64,000 nt of DNA from Yoonia sp. (GCF_965660735.1 NZ_CBFIBD010000011.1:976-64975), one strand, 5' to 3'; shown: positions 41,538-52,176, numbered from the stretch's first letter. The notes: generated by a model not told the origin, from the sequence alone. Made by a program: numbers and translations.

Positions 41538-43211
41538 TCAATGGGCGTGGGTCTTGTCCCAATCGGACTGCTTGGGCAGTGTTTCGAACGTATGCTCTGG
41601 CGGAGGGGATGGAAGTGTCCATTCCAGCGTATCGGCATATTCGTTCCAGGGGTTGTTTTCTGTTACGCGCCGTCCGGCCAAGAGCGTGTAAAACAGGATC
41701 CCGATGAAGAACAGGAATGACGCGAATGACAGGAAGGCACCCCAGCTGGAGACAAGGTTCCATGTAGCGAATGCATCGGGGTAGTCGATGTAACGGCGTG
41801 GCATGCCCTGACGACCCAGGAAGTGCTGTGGGAAGAATGTCAGGTTCGCACCGATGAACATCATCCAGAAGTGCAGCTTGGCCGCCCACTCAGGATACAT
41901 GCGGCCAGACATCTTGGGCAGGTAAAAGTAAATGCCTGCAAAGATCGCGAAGACGGCACCTAGCGACATCACATAGTGGAAGTGTGCAACGACATAGTAA
42001 GTGTCGTGATACACCCGGTCGATCCCGGCCTGCGACAGCACGATACCGGTCACACCGCCCACAGTGAACAGGAACAGGAAACCAAAGGCCCACAGCATGG
42101 GTGCCTTGAATTCCACCGAACCGCCCCACATCGTTGCGATCCAGCTAAAGATTTTCACCCCTGTCGGCACCGCGATGACCATCGTGGCCAGCATGAAATA
42201 GCTTTGCTGGGTCAGCGACATGCCGACGGTGTACATGTGGTGTGCCCAGACGACAAACCCCAGAACACCGATGGCCACCATCGCATAGACCATCGGCAGG
42301 TAGCCAAAGATCGGCTTGCGGCTGAAGGTTGCGATGATGTGGCTGATGATGCCAAAGCCGGGAATGATGATGATGTAGACTTCGGGGTGACCAAAGAACC
42401 ACAGGATGTGCTGATACAGGATCGGGTCACCGCCGCCTTCAGGCTGAAAGAAGGTCGTGCCGAAGTTGCGGTCGGTCAGCAGCATGGTGATCGCACCGGC
42501 CAGAACGGGCAGGGCCAGAAGGATCAGCCATGCAGTCACGAAGATCGACCATGCAAACAGCGGAACCTTGTGCATTGTCATGCCGGGCGCGCGCATGTTC
42601 AGGAAGGTGGTGATCATGTTGATCGCACCCAGGATCGAAGAGGCACCCGACAGGTGAACCGCAAAGATCGCCAGATCCATCGACATCCCGCCTTCGGACG
42701 TGGACAGCGGCGGATACAGCACCCAGCCCACACCGGAGCCAAGCTGACCATTGCCGCCGGGGGCCAGCATGGATGCGACACCCAGCGACGCACCGGCCAC
42801 GAACATCCAGTAGGACAGGTTGTTCAGACGCGGAAACGCCATATCTGGTGCGCCGATTTGCAGTGGCATGAAATAGTTGCCGAAACCGCCGAAAAGCGCG
42901 GGAATAACCACAAAGAACATCATCAGGACACCGTGATAGGTGATCATGACGTTCCACAGGTGACCGTTCGGTGTGCAGGTCGCAGCGGAATCAGCAATGA
43001 ACCGCGCCCCTTCCATGCACATGTATTGCACGCCGGGGTGCATCAGTTCCAAACGCATATAAACCGTAAAGGCGACCGATACGAAACCCAGCGCACCTGC
43101 GGTGAACAGGTACAGGATACCGATATCCTTGTGGTTGGTTGACATGAACCAGCGGGTAAAGAACCCCCGCTCGTCTTCGTGTGCGTCGCCGTGGATGGCT
43201 GCATCTGCCAT
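41538..43211 (-). CDS. ctaD: cytochrome c oxidase subunit I
   Basis: 557 aa with canonical heme-copper oxidase subunit I sequence ([24 protein letters not shown]). Confidence 0.97.
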   Translation of the reverse strand: MADAAIHGDAHEDERGFFTRWFMSTNHKDIGILYLFTAGALGFVSVAFTVYMRLELMHPGVQYMCMEGARFIADSAATCTPNGHLWNVMITYHGVLMMFFVVIPALFGGFGNYFMPLQIGAPDMAFPRLNNLSYWMFVAGASLGVASMLAPGGNGQLGSGVGWVLYPPLSTSEGGMSMDLAIFAVHLSGASSILGAINMITTFLNMRAPGMTMHKVPLFAWSIFVTAWLILLALPVLAGAITMLLTDRNFGTTFFQPEGGGDPILYQHILWFFGHPEVYIIIIPGFGIISHIIATFSRKPIFGYLPMVYAMVAIGVLGFVVWAHHMYTVGMSLTQQSYFMLATMVIAVPTGVKIFSWIATMWGGSVEFKAPMLWAFGFLFLFTVGGVTGIVLSQAGIDRVYHDTYYVVAHFHYVMSLGAVFAIFAGIYFYLPKMSGRMYPEWAAKLHFWMMFIGANLTFFPQHFLGRQGMPRRYIDYPDAFATWNLVSSWGAFLSFASFLFFIGILFYTLLAGRRVTENNPWNEYADTLEWTLPSPPPEHTFETLPKQSDWDKTHAH

Positions 43212-43451
43212 TGTGGCACTCCTCGTGTTGGCTACTTCCTCAGCGCACCGATTCAGAAACCGGCACGCAATTGGGGTGTTAGTAATCGGTTGTCATGAAA
43301 GGAGCAATAATGGATGCGCTTTTATGCATGGGGTAAATTGGCGCAGTGCACGGGGGTACTGCACGGGGCTGTCGTGACAAGCCCGCAACAGCGCGCTTGT
43401 CTGGTGGCCTTTTCGTGGTAATTTGTTTCCTGGCCACAGAAGGGGAACCTG

Positions 43452-44084
43452 ATGATACAGCTCGAAAGATCTGAAACGCTGTTTTCAACACCGCTTCTGC
43501 GATTTGTTGTAGATGATCACGCAGCCCTTGATGCGGCGTTGATGGCCGAAGGCGCGCGGATGCGGGCGCTGGATAAAGGGGTGGCAAAGTCCAACAAGGG
43601 CGGGTGGCATTCGCAGGGCAATCTGCTGAACAGTGACGCCGCCTGCATCGTTACCTTGCGCAAGGCAGTCGAACAGGCGATCGCGGCCGCAAATCACAAG
43701 GTCAAGGCCACGGCTGACCCAGATACGCTGCGGCTGAAACTGTTCGGCTGGATGAACATCAACCCGCCCGGCGGCTTTAATGCGCCCCATACGCACCCCG
43801 GTGCCCATTGGTCCGGCGTCTACTACGTGGCCCAGCCCGCAGTGGAAGACGGCACATCCGGGATGATCGAATTTCTGGATCCGCGGTCGGACCTGCCGAA
43901 CTGGCGGATACTTGGGGCAAAGGCCTTCCGCCCGAAACGGCGGATCCGTCCGCAACCGGGCGAGATCGTGATTTTTCCGTCTTACCTGGTGCATTGGGTC
44001 TATCCCAACGAAACGCCGCAGGAACGCGTGACCATTGCCTTTAACGCGACCTTCAAAAAGGTGCGCGATAAGGCGGTGGATTGA
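43452..44084 (+). CDS. TIGR02466-like putative 2OG-Fe(II) oxygenase-fold protein
   Basis: GGWHSQ..., NAPHTHPGAHWSGVYYV and IFPSYLVHWVYPN motifs. Confidence 0.6.
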   Translation: MIQLERSETLFSTPLLRFVVDDHAALDAALMAEGARMRALDKGVAKSNKGGWHSQGNLLNSDAACIVTLRKAVEQAIAAANHKVKATADPDTLRLKLFGWMNINPPGGFNAPHTHPGAHWSGVYYVAQPAVEDGTSGMIEFLDPRSDLPNWRILGAKAFRPKRRIRPQPGEIVIFPSYLVHWVYPNETPQERVTIAFNATFKKVRDKAVD

Positions 44085-44147
44085 TCCGGGCTTGCGCGGC
44101 GCCTTTCGGGCTGCTTTGCTGGGCCAAGATCGAAAAGGGGCACCATC

Positions 44148-45278
44148 ATGCAGGATATGCCGCCGTTCACCATCGGTATTGAAGAAGAATACCTGCTGGT
44201 GGATCCGACCACAATGGCGCTGGCCAGCGCGCCTGACGCGCTGATCACCGCCTGCAAGGCGGATCTGAAAGGGCAGGTCAGCCCCGAATTCCTGCAATGC
44301 CAGATCGAGATCGGGACAGGCATCTGCCACACCATCGCCGAGGCCCGCACTGACCTGCGCAATCTGCGCCGCACGGTCGCCCGCCATGCGGCTGATTTCG
44401 GTCTGGCCCCGATTGCGGCGTCCTGTCACCCGTTCGGGGACTGGAAAAACCAGGTTCATACCGACAAGGAACGCTATAACGCGCTGCATCGGGAACTGGC
44501 CGGGGTCGCCCGGCGGATGCTGATCTGCGGCATGCATGTGCATGTGGGCATTCCCGATAACGAAGAACGGATCCGCCTGATCAACCAGCTGAAATACTTT
44601 CTGCCGCATCTGCACGCGTTGTCCACATCATCGCCTTTCTGGCAGGGCGAGGATACGGGGATGCAATCCTACCGGCTGTCGGTGTTCGACAATATGCCGC
44701 GCACCGGACTGCCGCCGCGCATGACAGACTGGGCCGAATACCAATCGACAGTGCAAACGCTGGTCGACCTGGGGCTGATCGAGGATGCCTCGAAGATCTG
44801 GTGGGACCTGCGCCCGTCCGCCAATTTCCCTACCATCGAATCACGCATCTGCGACGTGGCGCCCAGGCTGGAGGTGACACTGACACTGGCCGCGCTGACC
44901 CAGTGCCTGACGCGGATGATCTGGCGGCGCAACCGCGATGGCGACGGCTGGCGGGTCGTTCAGAATTTCATGATCGCCGAGAACCGCTGGCGCGCACAGC
45001 GCTATGGCGTGTCGGAAGGGCAGATCGATTTCGGCGAAAAATGCCTGATCCCCTTCACGCAAGTCGCCGATGACCTGCTGGAGTTGATCGCCGAGGATGC
45101 CGCCGCACTTGACTGCACGGCCGAGGTCGCCCGCATCGGTGATATCGTGGCACATGGCACCAGCGCCGACCGCCAACGCGCCGCCCGCGATGCAGCCCTT
45201 GCCCGTGGCGCGACACCGCACGAGGCGATGCAGGCGGTGGTGTCATCGCTGATCGGGGAGTTTCATGCAGGTGTGTGA
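44148..45278 (+). CDS. carboxylate-amine ligase, YbdK/GCS2 family
   Basis: [13 protein letters not shown] start, and GMHVHVGI and WWDLRPS blocks characteristic of the glutamate-cysteine ligase family 2. Confidence 0.85.
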   Translation: MQDMPPFTIGIEEEYLLVDPTTMALASAPDALITACKADLKGQVSPEFLQCQIEIGTGICHTIAEARTDLRNLRRTVARHAADFGLAPIAASCHPFGDWKNQVHTDKERYNALHRELAGVARRMLICGMHVHVGIPDNEERIRLINQLKYFLPHLHALSTSSPFWQGEDTGMQSYRLSVFDNMPRTGLPPRMTDWAEYQSTVQTLVDLGLIEDASKIWWDLRPSANFPTIESRICDVAPRLEVTLTLAALTQCLTRMIWRRNRDGDGWRVVQNFMIAENRWRAQRYGVSEGQIDFGEKCLIPFTQVADDLLELIAEDAAALDCTAEVARIGDIVAHGTSADRQRAARDAALARGATPHEAMQAVVSSLIGEFHAGV

Positions 45279-45447
45279 ACCGAATGGCGGTGCAGAGCAA
45301 GCGAGAGCCGATGTCCGGAACGACTTGAAAACATGCATGTTGCGGCTCGGTTTTCGTAGGAAACGCTGCGCTGAATTCTGATGGTGTTGGGCGTAAACGG
45401 TGCTAGGCTGCGACATCGGGTCATCCTGGCCGTTGGAGGTCGCTTGA

Positions 45448-46146
45448 ATGACGAGAGGGAGCTACGGGCAGTTTTGCCCGGTCGCAATGGCATCCGAAGT
45501 GCTTTGCACCAGATGGACTATGGTCCTAATCCGTGAACTTGTGGCGGGCTCCACAAGGTTCGGCGACCTGCGACGCGGCGTTCCCCGGATGTCTCCCACA
45601 CTTTTGTCACAACGGCTTAAGGAACTCGAAGCTGCCGGGATCATCACCCGCAGACCTGTGGCTGATGAAGTGGGCATTCATGAATATCAGCTGACGACAG
45701 CCGGGAAAGACCTGAAACAGATCGTGGAATCTTTCGGTATCTGGGGGCAGAAATGGGTCGAAACGCAGGCTTCACTTGAGAACCTGGATCCCTCACTTCT
45801 CATGTGGGACATGCGGCGCAACATCAATCCCGCGCCGCTGCCATCGCAACGGACCGTCATTCAGTTTCGCTATCCAGAACTTTCCGCCAATCGCCGGGAT
45901 TGGTGGCTTATCATTGATCCCGAAGCAAAGGTCGAAGTCGATCTCTGTGCAAAAGATCCGGGTTTTGATGTCGACCTATGGGTCACCACGGATCTCAAGA
46001 CAATGACGGCGATCTGGATGGGGTTGTCTTCGGTGAAAGACTCGCAATCGCAACTGATATTTGATGGCGACCCAGCATTGGCCCGATCCATGACACAATG
46101 GTTGGGCCTGAGTCATTTCGCCGCCCAGAAGAAGATTATTGGTTAG
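45448..46146 (+). CDS. HxlR-type winged-helix regulator with C-terminal extension
   Basis: CPVAMASEVLCTRWTMVLIRELVAGSTRFGDLRRGVPRMSPTLLSQRLKELEAAGII is an HxlR signature, followed by about 130 aa. Confidence 0.8.
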   Translation: MTRGSYGQFCPVAMASEVLCTRWTMVLIRELVAGSTRFGDLRRGVPRMSPTLLSQRLKELEAAGIITRRPVADEVGIHEYQLTTAGKDLKQIVESFGIWGQKWVETQASLENLDPSLLMWDMRRNINPAPLPSQRTVIQFRYPELSANRRDWWLIIDPEAKVEVDLCAKDPGFDVDLWVTTDLKTMTAIWMGLSSVKDSQSQLIFDGDPALARSMTQWLGLSHFAAQKKIIG

Positions 46147-46241
46147 TCGTCGTGTAGTGGGGGAGTCCAGTTTCAGGACTATCGGTATCGCCCTGTTTCT
46201 TGCACTGCTTGTCAGGAAACCCCAAGACGATGGAGAAAGTC

Positions 46242-46601
46242 ATGACCGATACCCTTTATTCTCGCCTCGGAGGCGCAGAGGCAATTGCGCGGATTGCATC
46301 CGACCTCGTCGATAACCACATTGCCAACCCACTGATCGGTAAGCGCTTCGCCGGCAGCGATGTGATCGCTATGAAGAAGAAGGCAACGGATTTCTTCTCG
46401 ATGGGTTCTGGCGGCCCCAACAATTATAATGGGTTGGATATGCTGAGTGCCCACAAACACATGAACATTTCCGACAACGAATATATGGCTGCCGTTGATG
46501 ATCTGATGAAGGCACTGACGAATGCCGGCGTGGGGGATCGTGAGAAGTCCGAGGTTCTCTATATCTTCCACACGCTTCGCCCCGAGGTCGTTGGTGTGTG
46601 A
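46242..46601 (+). CDS. glbN: group I truncated hemoglobin
   Basis: LYSRLGG...F (B10/CD1 region) and a MLSAHKHMNIS proximal-His block. The start is at MTDTLY; alternatives lie upstream. Confidence 0.8.
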   Translation: MTDTLYSRLGGAEAIARIASDLVDNHIANPLIGKRFAGSDVIAMKKKATDFFSMGSGGPNNYNGLDMLSAHKHMNISDNEYMAAVDDLMKALTNAGVGDREKSEVLYIFHTLRPEVVGV

Positions 46602-46730
46602 AGGGCAGGACACATGATTTGGCAGAGGCATCACCAGAGCTTCCCTGATCGCTTTCTGCAATATGGCGCCGGCTGCGACGTAGCGCGGATTGTGCTTGCC
46701 ATACGCTGAAAAACTCCATGGTCAGCCCCG

Positions 46731-47375
46731 CTACATCACCTCATCAAACGTCTGCCGCAACGCCACGTCCAGATCGTCCATCGTTACGGGCAGGCCCAGA
46801 TCGACCAGTGATGTGACGCCGTGGGCGCTGATGCCGCAGGGGACGATGCCGTCGAAATGCCCCAGTTCGGGGTCCACGTTGATCGACAGGCCGTGGAACG
46901 ACACCCATTTGCGCAGGCGGATGCCAAGGGCGGCGATCTTGTCTTCGGCCGGTTGTCCGTCGGGCTGCAACGGCTTGTCAGGCCGCTGGACCCAGACGCC
47001 GACGCGGCCTTGACGGATTTCGCCCTTGACGTTGAATGTCTCCAGCGTGGCGATCACCCATGCCTCTAGACACTGCACAAAACGGCGCACGTCGCGGCCG
47101 CGTTTGCCGACGTCCAGCATGACGTAGACGACCCTCTGGCCCGGGCCGTGGTAGGTGTATTCGCCGCCGCGTCGCGCCTGGTGCACCGGAAACCGGTGCG
47201 GGTCGATCAGATCGGCGGCTTTGGCGGATGTGCCGGCGGTATAAAGGGGGGGATGTTCCAGCAGCCAGATGCATTCATCAGCCGCGCCCCTCGCGATGGC
47301 ATCGACGCGCGTCTCCATGAACGCCAGCGCATCGGCATATGGCGTCAGCCCGTCACTGATGATCCATTCCGGCAT
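46731..47375 (-). CDS. lipB: lipoyl(octanoyl) transferase
   Basis: [12 protein letters not shown] and [17 protein letters not shown] motifs. The start is at MPEWIISDG. Confidence 0.9.
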   Translation of the reverse strand: MPEWIISDGLTPYADALAFMETRVDAIARGAADECIWLLEHPPLYTAGTSAKAADLIDPHRFPVHQARRGGEYTYHGPGQRVVYVMLDVGKRGRDVRRFVQCLEAWVIATLETFNVKGEIRQGRVGVWVQRPDKPLQPDGQPAEDKIAALGIRLRKWVSFHGLSINVDPELGHFDGIVPCGISAHGVTSLVDLGLPVTMDDLDVALRQTFDEVM

Positions 47376-47498
47376 GATCGTTTCCTTCTTTGATGCGGAT
47401 ATGACCGCAGCTGCAGCCTTTGTCACCCCCGCGCCGATTTTTGCACTTGAGAAGGGCAAGGCAGTTGGTTACAGACCCGGCTACCGAACCATGGTTTT

Positions 47499-47585
47499 GC
47501 GGTCGTGGCGGAATTGGTAGACGCGCAGCGTTGAGGTCGCTGTGAGGTAACACTCGTGGGGGTTCGAGTCCCCCCGACCGCACCA
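47499..47585 (+). tRNA. tRNA-Leu (anticodon GAG)
   Basis: Hand-folded cloverleaf: acceptor GCGGTCG/CGACCGC, anticodon stem CAGCG/CGCTG with loop TTGAGGT, long variable arm, T-arm GGGGG-TTCGAGT-CCCCC, encoded CCA. Confidence 0.9.
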
Positions 47586-47662
47586 GGCAGGTTGGTATCC
47601 CACGCAGCGCAGGCATCCGATCTGGCCACTCCTGGTGCTTGCCTCGGAAAAGAATTTCCGGC

Positions 47663-48055
47663 ATGTCGGGCGCCATGACATCACACCCACACCGCCCGCC
47701 TGCGCCGCAGGTTCGCATGCGCATCGTCTTTGGCCGGGACGAGATGATCGGGCCGGGCAAGGCAGAGCTGATTGAACGGATTGACCGTTGCGGGTCGATT
47801 GCAGCAGCAGGCCGCGAGATGGGCATGAGCTATAAACGGGCATGGGAGCTGATCGGTGCCCTGAACACGATGTTTCGCGCGCCGCTGGTGAAAAGTACAC
47901 GCGGCGGGGCCGGGGGGGGTGGTGCTGTGTTGACCGACCTCGGGCACGAGGTTCTTGCGCAATATCGCGCCTTTGAGACCGAGGCAGCAACAGCGGGTGC
48001 TGCGCGTCTTGCGGCGCTGCGCGGGTTGTTAAGGGATATTCCCGACGAAAAATAA
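47663..48055 (+). CDS. ModE N-terminal-domain-like (molybdate-responsive HTH) regulator lacking Mop domains
   Basis: IGPGKAELIERIDRCGSIAAAGREMGMSYKRAWELIGALN...GGAGGGGAVLTDLG matches the ModE DNA-binding half. The start among ATGs 47663, 47675 and 47717 is uncertain. Confidence 0.75.
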   Translation: MSGAMTSHPHRPPAPQVRMRIVFGRDEMIGPGKAELIERIDRCGSIAAAGREMGMSYKRAWELIGALNTMFRAPLVKSTRGGAGGGGAVLTDLGHEVLAQYRAFETEAATAGAARLAALRGLLRDIPDEK

Positions 48056-48082
48056 CGCTTGACCGGATGATCTTCTGCCTGC

Positions 48083-48104
48083 GATGTATTTCGCAAAACA
48101 TATC
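48083..48104. promoter_or_regulatory. candidate Mo-box-like imperfect palindrome upstream of modA
   Basis: GATGTAT-N8-ACATATC lies 22 nt upstream of the modA start. The half-sites match 5 of 7 as an inverted repeat and resemble TATAT/TAYAT-type ModE operators only loosely. Confidence 0.25.
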
Positions 48105-48125
48105 CAGCCCTGAAAGGTGTAGCGG

Positions 48126-48914
48126 GTGTCCAAGTCTGCCTTCATAGCCAAAGCCGCTGCAACAACCGGTGTTGCGATCGCGCTTGGCGTTTGTGGCGCA
48201 CGCGTTGCGTTTGCGGACGAAATTACTGTTTTCGCTGCAACCAGTATGACGACCGCGCTGGCCGAGATCGCGGAGGACTTCGAAACGGCCACCGGGCATG
48301 ATCTGGTGATGTCCTTCGCCGGTTCCTCGGCACTTGCGCGCCAGGTCCAGCAGGGTGCGCCCGCCGACATTTTCATTTCGGCCAACCCCGGCTGGATGGA
48401 TGTGCTAGAAGTGGATGGCCTTGTAGAGAAAGGCACGCGGTTCGACTTGCTTGGCAATTCCATGGTGCTGATCGCGGCGGGCGCCGATGCCGCACCGGTC
48501 GATATCGAACCCGGAATGGACCTTGCCGGTCTTCTGGGTGATGGCCGTCTGGCGATGGCGCTGGTCGATGCGGTTCCGGCGGGCATCTACGGCAAGGCAT
48601 CGCTGGAGGCCCTTGGGCTGTGGGACGGGATCGCGGCGCAGGTCGCGCAAGCGGATAACGTCCGTGCGGCACTTGCCTTTGTCGCGACAGGCGAAGCGCC
48701 CTACGGGATCGTATACGCGACCGATGCGGTCGCAGACGGTCGCGTTTCCGTGGTGGGCACCTTCCCTGCTGAAACGCATCCGCCCATTATTTACCCTGTG
48801 GCGGATCTGGCGAACCGCGATATCCCGGCAGAGGCCGCGTTCCTGGAATATCTGCGTGGCGCACAGGCGCGCGCGGCATTCGAGAGGCAGGGTTTCACTG
48901 TCCTGGCGCAATAA
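48126..48914 (+). CDS. modA: molybdate ABC transporter substrate-binding protein
   Basis: Signal peptide followed by ITVFAATSMTTAL...FISANPGWMD...ALVDAVPAGIYGK...YGIVYATDA, the typical ModA pattern. GTG start. Confidence 0.9.
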   Translation: MSKSAFIAKAAATTGVAIALGVCGARVAFADEITVFAATSMTTALAEIAEDFETATGHDLVMSFAGSSALARQVQQGAPADIFISANPGWMDVLEVDGLVEKGTRFDLLGNSMVLIAAGADAAPVDIEPGMDLAGLLGDGRLAMALVDAVPAGIYGKASLEALGLWDGIAAQVAQADNVRAALAFVATGEAPYGIVYATDAVADGRVSVVGTFPAETHPPIIYPVADLANRDIPAEAAFLEYLRGAQARAAFERQGFTVLAQ

Positions 48915-48917
48915 CGC

Positions 48918-49613
48918 ATGATTGACTGGCTTGGTCCTGAAGAGTGGAAAGCAGTCGCGCTCTCTTTGCAGGTTTCCTTCTGGGCGACGCTGGTCAGTTT
49001 GCCGCCTGGTATCCTCACTGCGTATGCACTGGCGCGCTGGACCTTTCCTGGCAAGCAGATATTGAATGGTATCGTCCACTTGCCGCTGATCCTGCCGCCG
49101 GTGGTGACGGGCTATCTTTTGTTGCTGACGCTTGGCACACGCGGGCCTGTCGGCAGTATTCTGGCCGATTGGGGGATTATCTTTGCCTTTCGCTGGACTG
49201 GGGCCGCCGTGGCCGCCGCTGTGATGGCCTTTCCCCTGATGGTGCGTGCGATCCGGCTCTCGATCGAGGCTGTGGATCCTAAACTGGAACAGGCCAGTGC
49301 CACTCTGGGGGCCGCACCCGCCTGGGTGTTCCTGACTGTCACCCTGCCCATGGCCCTGCCCGGCATCATCGCGGGCACGATTCTGGCCTTTGCCAAGGCG
49401 ATGGGGGAATTCGGGGCCACCATCACCTTTGTATCCAACATCCCCGGACAGACCCGCACGATCCCTTCTGCGATCTACGCCTTCTTGCAGGTGCCGGGCG
49501 GTGAGGGGTCTGCCATGAAACTGGTTATCGTGTCGGTCGTTCTGGCCATGGGCGCGCTGTTGCTGTCGGAATTGATCGCGCGGCGGGTGGCCGTGCGGGT
49601 GGGGGGGAAATGA
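48918..49613 (+). CDS. modB: molybdate ABC transporter permease
   Basis: 231 aa, about 5 TM helices, EAA-loop region (LEQASATLGAAPAWVF). Confidence 0.9.
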   Translation: MIDWLGPEEWKAVALSLQVSFWATLVSLPPGILTAYALARWTFPGKQILNGIVHLPLILPPVVTGYLLLLTLGTRGPVGSILADWGIIFAFRWTGAAVAAAVMAFPLMVRAIRLSIEAVDPKLEQASATLGAAPAWVFLTVTLPMALPGIIAGTILAFAKAMGEFGATITFVSNIPGQTRTIPSAIYAFLQVPGGEGSAMKLVIVSVVLAMGALLLSELIARRVAVRVGGK

Positions 49614-50704
49614 TGCTGGATGTCTCTGTCCGCCATTCTTTTGGGGCATTTTCGCTTGACGCACATTTCCGGGCACCGCCTGGGTTGACGGTCCTGTTTG
49701 GCCGATCCGGCTCGGGCAAGACGACGATTGTGAATGCAGTGGCGGGCTTGTTGATGCCCGACGAAGGCCGTGTCGCCGCAGGCGATTGGGTGCTGCTTGA
49801 TACCGGGAGTGGGATTCGCCTGCGGCCGCATCGCCGCCGACTGGGGTATATCTTTCAGGAAGGGCGGCTGTTTCCGCATCTGAGCGTTCAGCAAAACCTT
49901 GCTTACGGCGGGTGGTTCGCGCCCAGGGACGCCCCGCGCGAGAATATGGATCATGTCGTCGAGGTGTTGGGCATCGGCCCCCTGCTGGACCGCCGTCCCG
50001 GTGCGCTGTCGGGCGGGGAAAAGCAGCGCGTCGCCATCGGCCGGGCGCTTCTCTCGGCGCCGCGCCTGATTTTGGCCGATGAACCGCTCGCCGCACTGGA
50101 CGAGGCGCGCAAGGCCGAGATCTTGCCCTATTTCGAAAGGTTGCGCGACGAGGTAAGCGTGCCGATCCTCTATGTCAGCCATTCCGCGTCAGAGGTGGCG
50201 CGGCTTGCCACCACCGTCGTCGCGCTCGATGCCGGGCGGGTCGTGGCGCAGGGGCCGGCGGCCGATGTGCTGGGCAATCCCGCGGTGCTGCCTGCCGGCG
50301 CTCGCGAGGCCGGCGCGGTATTGACCGCGCGCGTGATCGCCCACCATGACGACGGACTGACCGAGCTTGACGCTGGCGGCATTCCCCTGTTTCTGCCGCG
50401 CGTCGCGGCGGCACCGGGCAGCATGCTGCGCGTGCGCATTGCAGCCCATGACGTGATCCTGTCGCGGGCACGGCCAAAGGGGCTGTCGGCGCTCAACATT
50501 CTGCCCGGAACGATATGCGACATACGTTCAGGCGACGGTCCCGGCGCAATCGTGGCATTGGATACTGCTGCAGGACGTGTATTGGCCCGGATCACCCGCC
50601 GTTCGGCGCAGGCGATGGGGTTGGCAGCGGGCGTCGACGTCCATGCCATCGTCAAGACCGTCTCGGTCGCCACAGGGGACATCGGCGCCGTCGGCGTGCC
50701 ATGA
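49610..50704 (+). CDS. modC: molybdate ABC transporter ATP-binding protein
   Basis: Walker A GRSGSGKTT, signature LSGGEKQRVAIGRAL, Walker B LILADEPLAALD, and a C-terminal Mop/TOBE-like domain. Confidence 0.9.
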   Translation: MMLDVSVRHSFGAFSLDAHFRAPPGLTVLFGRSGSGKTTIVNAVAGLLMPDEGRVAAGDWVLLDTGSGIRLRPHRRRLGYIFQEGRLFPHLSVQQNLAYGGWFAPRDAPRENMDHVVEVLGIGPLLDRRPGALSGGEKQRVAIGRALLSAPRLILADEPLAALDEARKAEILPYFERLRDEVSVPILYVSHSASEVARLATTVVALDAGRVVAQGPAADVLGNPAVLPAGAREAGAVLTARVIAHHDDGLTELDAGGIPLFLPRVAAAPGSMLRVRIAAHDVILSRARPKGLSALNILPGTICDIRSGDGPGAIVALDTAAGRVLARITRRSAQAMGLAAGVDVHAIVKTVSVATGDIGAVGVP

Positions 50705-50860
50705 TACCGCACGATGTCTGCAAATGTGGCGGAATGGCAGTCGGGCCGTAAAAATCCTGCTCGGAGAGGTGCTTGGATAGGCTGCATGACGCATGTGATT
50801 GTCTCACCAGTTTGTCGCACCGGAAAGCCAAGCGTTCTAAGGCACTGTTTGAAAACAGAA

Positions 50861-50944
50861 TGGTGGGCGACCCTGGAATCGAACCAGGCGTGCGTCTCCG
50901 CGAGGGAGTTACAGTCCCCTGCCACACCTTGCGGCCTGTCGCCC
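50861..50944 (-). tRNA. tRNA-Tyr (anticodon GTA)
   Basis: The minus strand reads GGGCGAC...GGGGA-CTGTAAC-TCCCT...variable stem GCG-GAGA-CGC...CCTGG-TTCGATT-CCAGG-GTCGCCC-A-CCA. The acceptor pairs perfectly, and the long variable arm fits bacterial tRNA-Tyr. Confidence 0.85.
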
Positions 50945-51088
50945 ACTGAACGGCTGATTACCTGTGGCCCAATGGTGCGTCAACCGCAAAAGCGCGCGGT
51001 TTGAACGATCAATGGGCATGTTGGCTTCACAGGGCTACCGATGTCAGGTATCGGCTGGCGATAGCATCAGGATCAGATCGGACAGAAG

Positions 51089-51865
51089 ATGAAAAAGCCA
51101 AAGTGGGTTATCGCAAAAGAGCAGGACAAGCGGGCGGCGGCCAATGAAACGGTTTGGCTTTTCGGATTGCATGCGGTGCGCGATGCACTTTTGAATCCCG
51201 CGCGGACGAAACTTCGGCTGGTCGTCACCCGCAACGCCTTGGAGCGTCTGGGAGATGCGGTGGCAGAGGCGGGAATTGAACCTGAACTTTCGGATCCGCG
51301 GAAATTTGCAGCACCGCTTGATCCGCAATCGGTGCATCAGGGGGCCGCGCTGGAGGTCAAACCGCTGGATTGGGGCAGCCTTGAGGATGTGGCGTTGGGC
51401 GAGGGGCCAACCCCACCCCGGATCGTGCTGCTGGACCGGGTGACGGACCCGCATAACGTGGGCGCGATCCTGCGATCGGCGGAGGTGTTCGGCGCGCGCG
51501 CGGTTGTCGCAGTGCAGCGCCACGCGGCCCCGGAAACCGGCGCGCTGGCGAAAACGGCCAGCGGTGCGCTGGAACGGCAGCCCTATCTGCGGGTGCGTAA
51601 TCTGGCTGACGCAATGGAGGCGCTGCGGGGGATGGGCTATCTGGTGCTGGGCCTTGACGGTGAGGCTGAGCAGACCATCGAAGCGGCCGTTGAAGGGAAA
51701 CGCGACAGGCCCGTTGCGCTGGTCATGGGGGCCGAAGGGCCGGGGCTGCGCGAAAAGACGCGAGAGACCTGCGATGCGCTGGTACGGATTGACGCAGCGG
51801 CCGGATTTGGCTCTCTCAACGTCTCAAATGCAGCGGCGGTGGCCCTATATGCTGCACGGGGGTAA
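51089..51865 (+). CDS. rlmB: TrmH-family 23S rRNA 2'-O-methyltransferase
   Basis: SpoU_sub_bind-like N-terminus (LFGLHAVRDAL), and DRVTDPHNVGAILRSAE and SLNVSNAAAV SPOUT motifs. Confidence 0.85.
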   Translation: MKKPKWVIAKEQDKRAAANETVWLFGLHAVRDALLNPARTKLRLVVTRNALERLGDAVAEAGIEPELSDPRKFAAPLDPQSVHQGAALEVKPLDWGSLEDVALGEGPTPPRIVLLDRVTDPHNVGAILRSAEVFGARAVVAVQRHAAPETGALAKTASGALERQPYLRVRNLADAMEALRGMGYLVLGLDGEAEQTIEAAVEGKRDRPVALVMGAEGPGLREKTRETCDALVRIDAAAGFGSLNVSNAAAVALYAARG

Positions 51866-51870
51866 AGCCG

Positions 51871-52176
51871 ATGCCAGCGACCAAGATTGCAACCTGTTGT
51901 TACTGCGGCAGCCGCACAGCGTTACGCCTGCGCGGCAAGGAGCGTCATGAACTGACCTGTGCCAGTTGCGCAGCGCCATTGCATAATCTCAAGATGTTTC
52001 CCGTCACCCCGGGCATGGCCACCGCGCCTGCGGCGACGCCCGCCCGCCCGGCCCGTCGTGCTGAACAACCAAAGTATGCACAACCGCGCCGCCCGGCAAA
52101 GAAACGAAAGGTTGGCCGCTTTGCCCGCAAGTTATGGGAAGAAATATGGGACGAACTGGAGGATATTTTTGACTGA
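51871..52176 (+). CDS. zinc-ribbon protein with basic/acidic tail (hypothetical)
   Basis: CCYCGS...CASCAAPL gives two CxxC pairs, followed by a Pro/Ala/Arg-rich linker and an acidic end (WEEIWDELEDIFD). It lies 5 nt after rlmB. Confidence 0.55.
   Translation: MPATKIATCCYCGSRTALRLRGKERHELTCASCAAPLHNLKMFPVTPGMATAPAATPARPARRAEQPKYAQPRRPAKKRKVGRFARKLWEEIWDELEDIFD

Noticed and set aside
43310-43336. 8-codon mini-ORF (MDALLCMG*) with a strong SD (AAAGGAGCAATA) in the ctaD upstream region
   Set aside because: It is too short to support from sequence alone. It could be a chance SD-ATG pair, and I recognise no attenuator structure.
43485-44615. 376-aa minus-strand ORF spanning two plus-strand genes
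   Set aside because: It overlaps both the TIGR02466-like and YbdK genes, each of which has family motifs. The antisense product has none.
48405-50096. 563-aa minus-strand ORF
   Set aside because: It is antisense across modA, modB and modC. Its extreme Arg/Pro/Gly content marks it as a high-GC artefact.
47499-50944. tRNA-Leu ... modE-like/modABC ... tRNA-Tyr considered as a tRNA-flanked genomic island
   Set aside because: Composition matches the rest of the window. I could find no integrase, no direct repeats of tRNA 3' ends and no mobile genes. It looks like an ordinary core locus.
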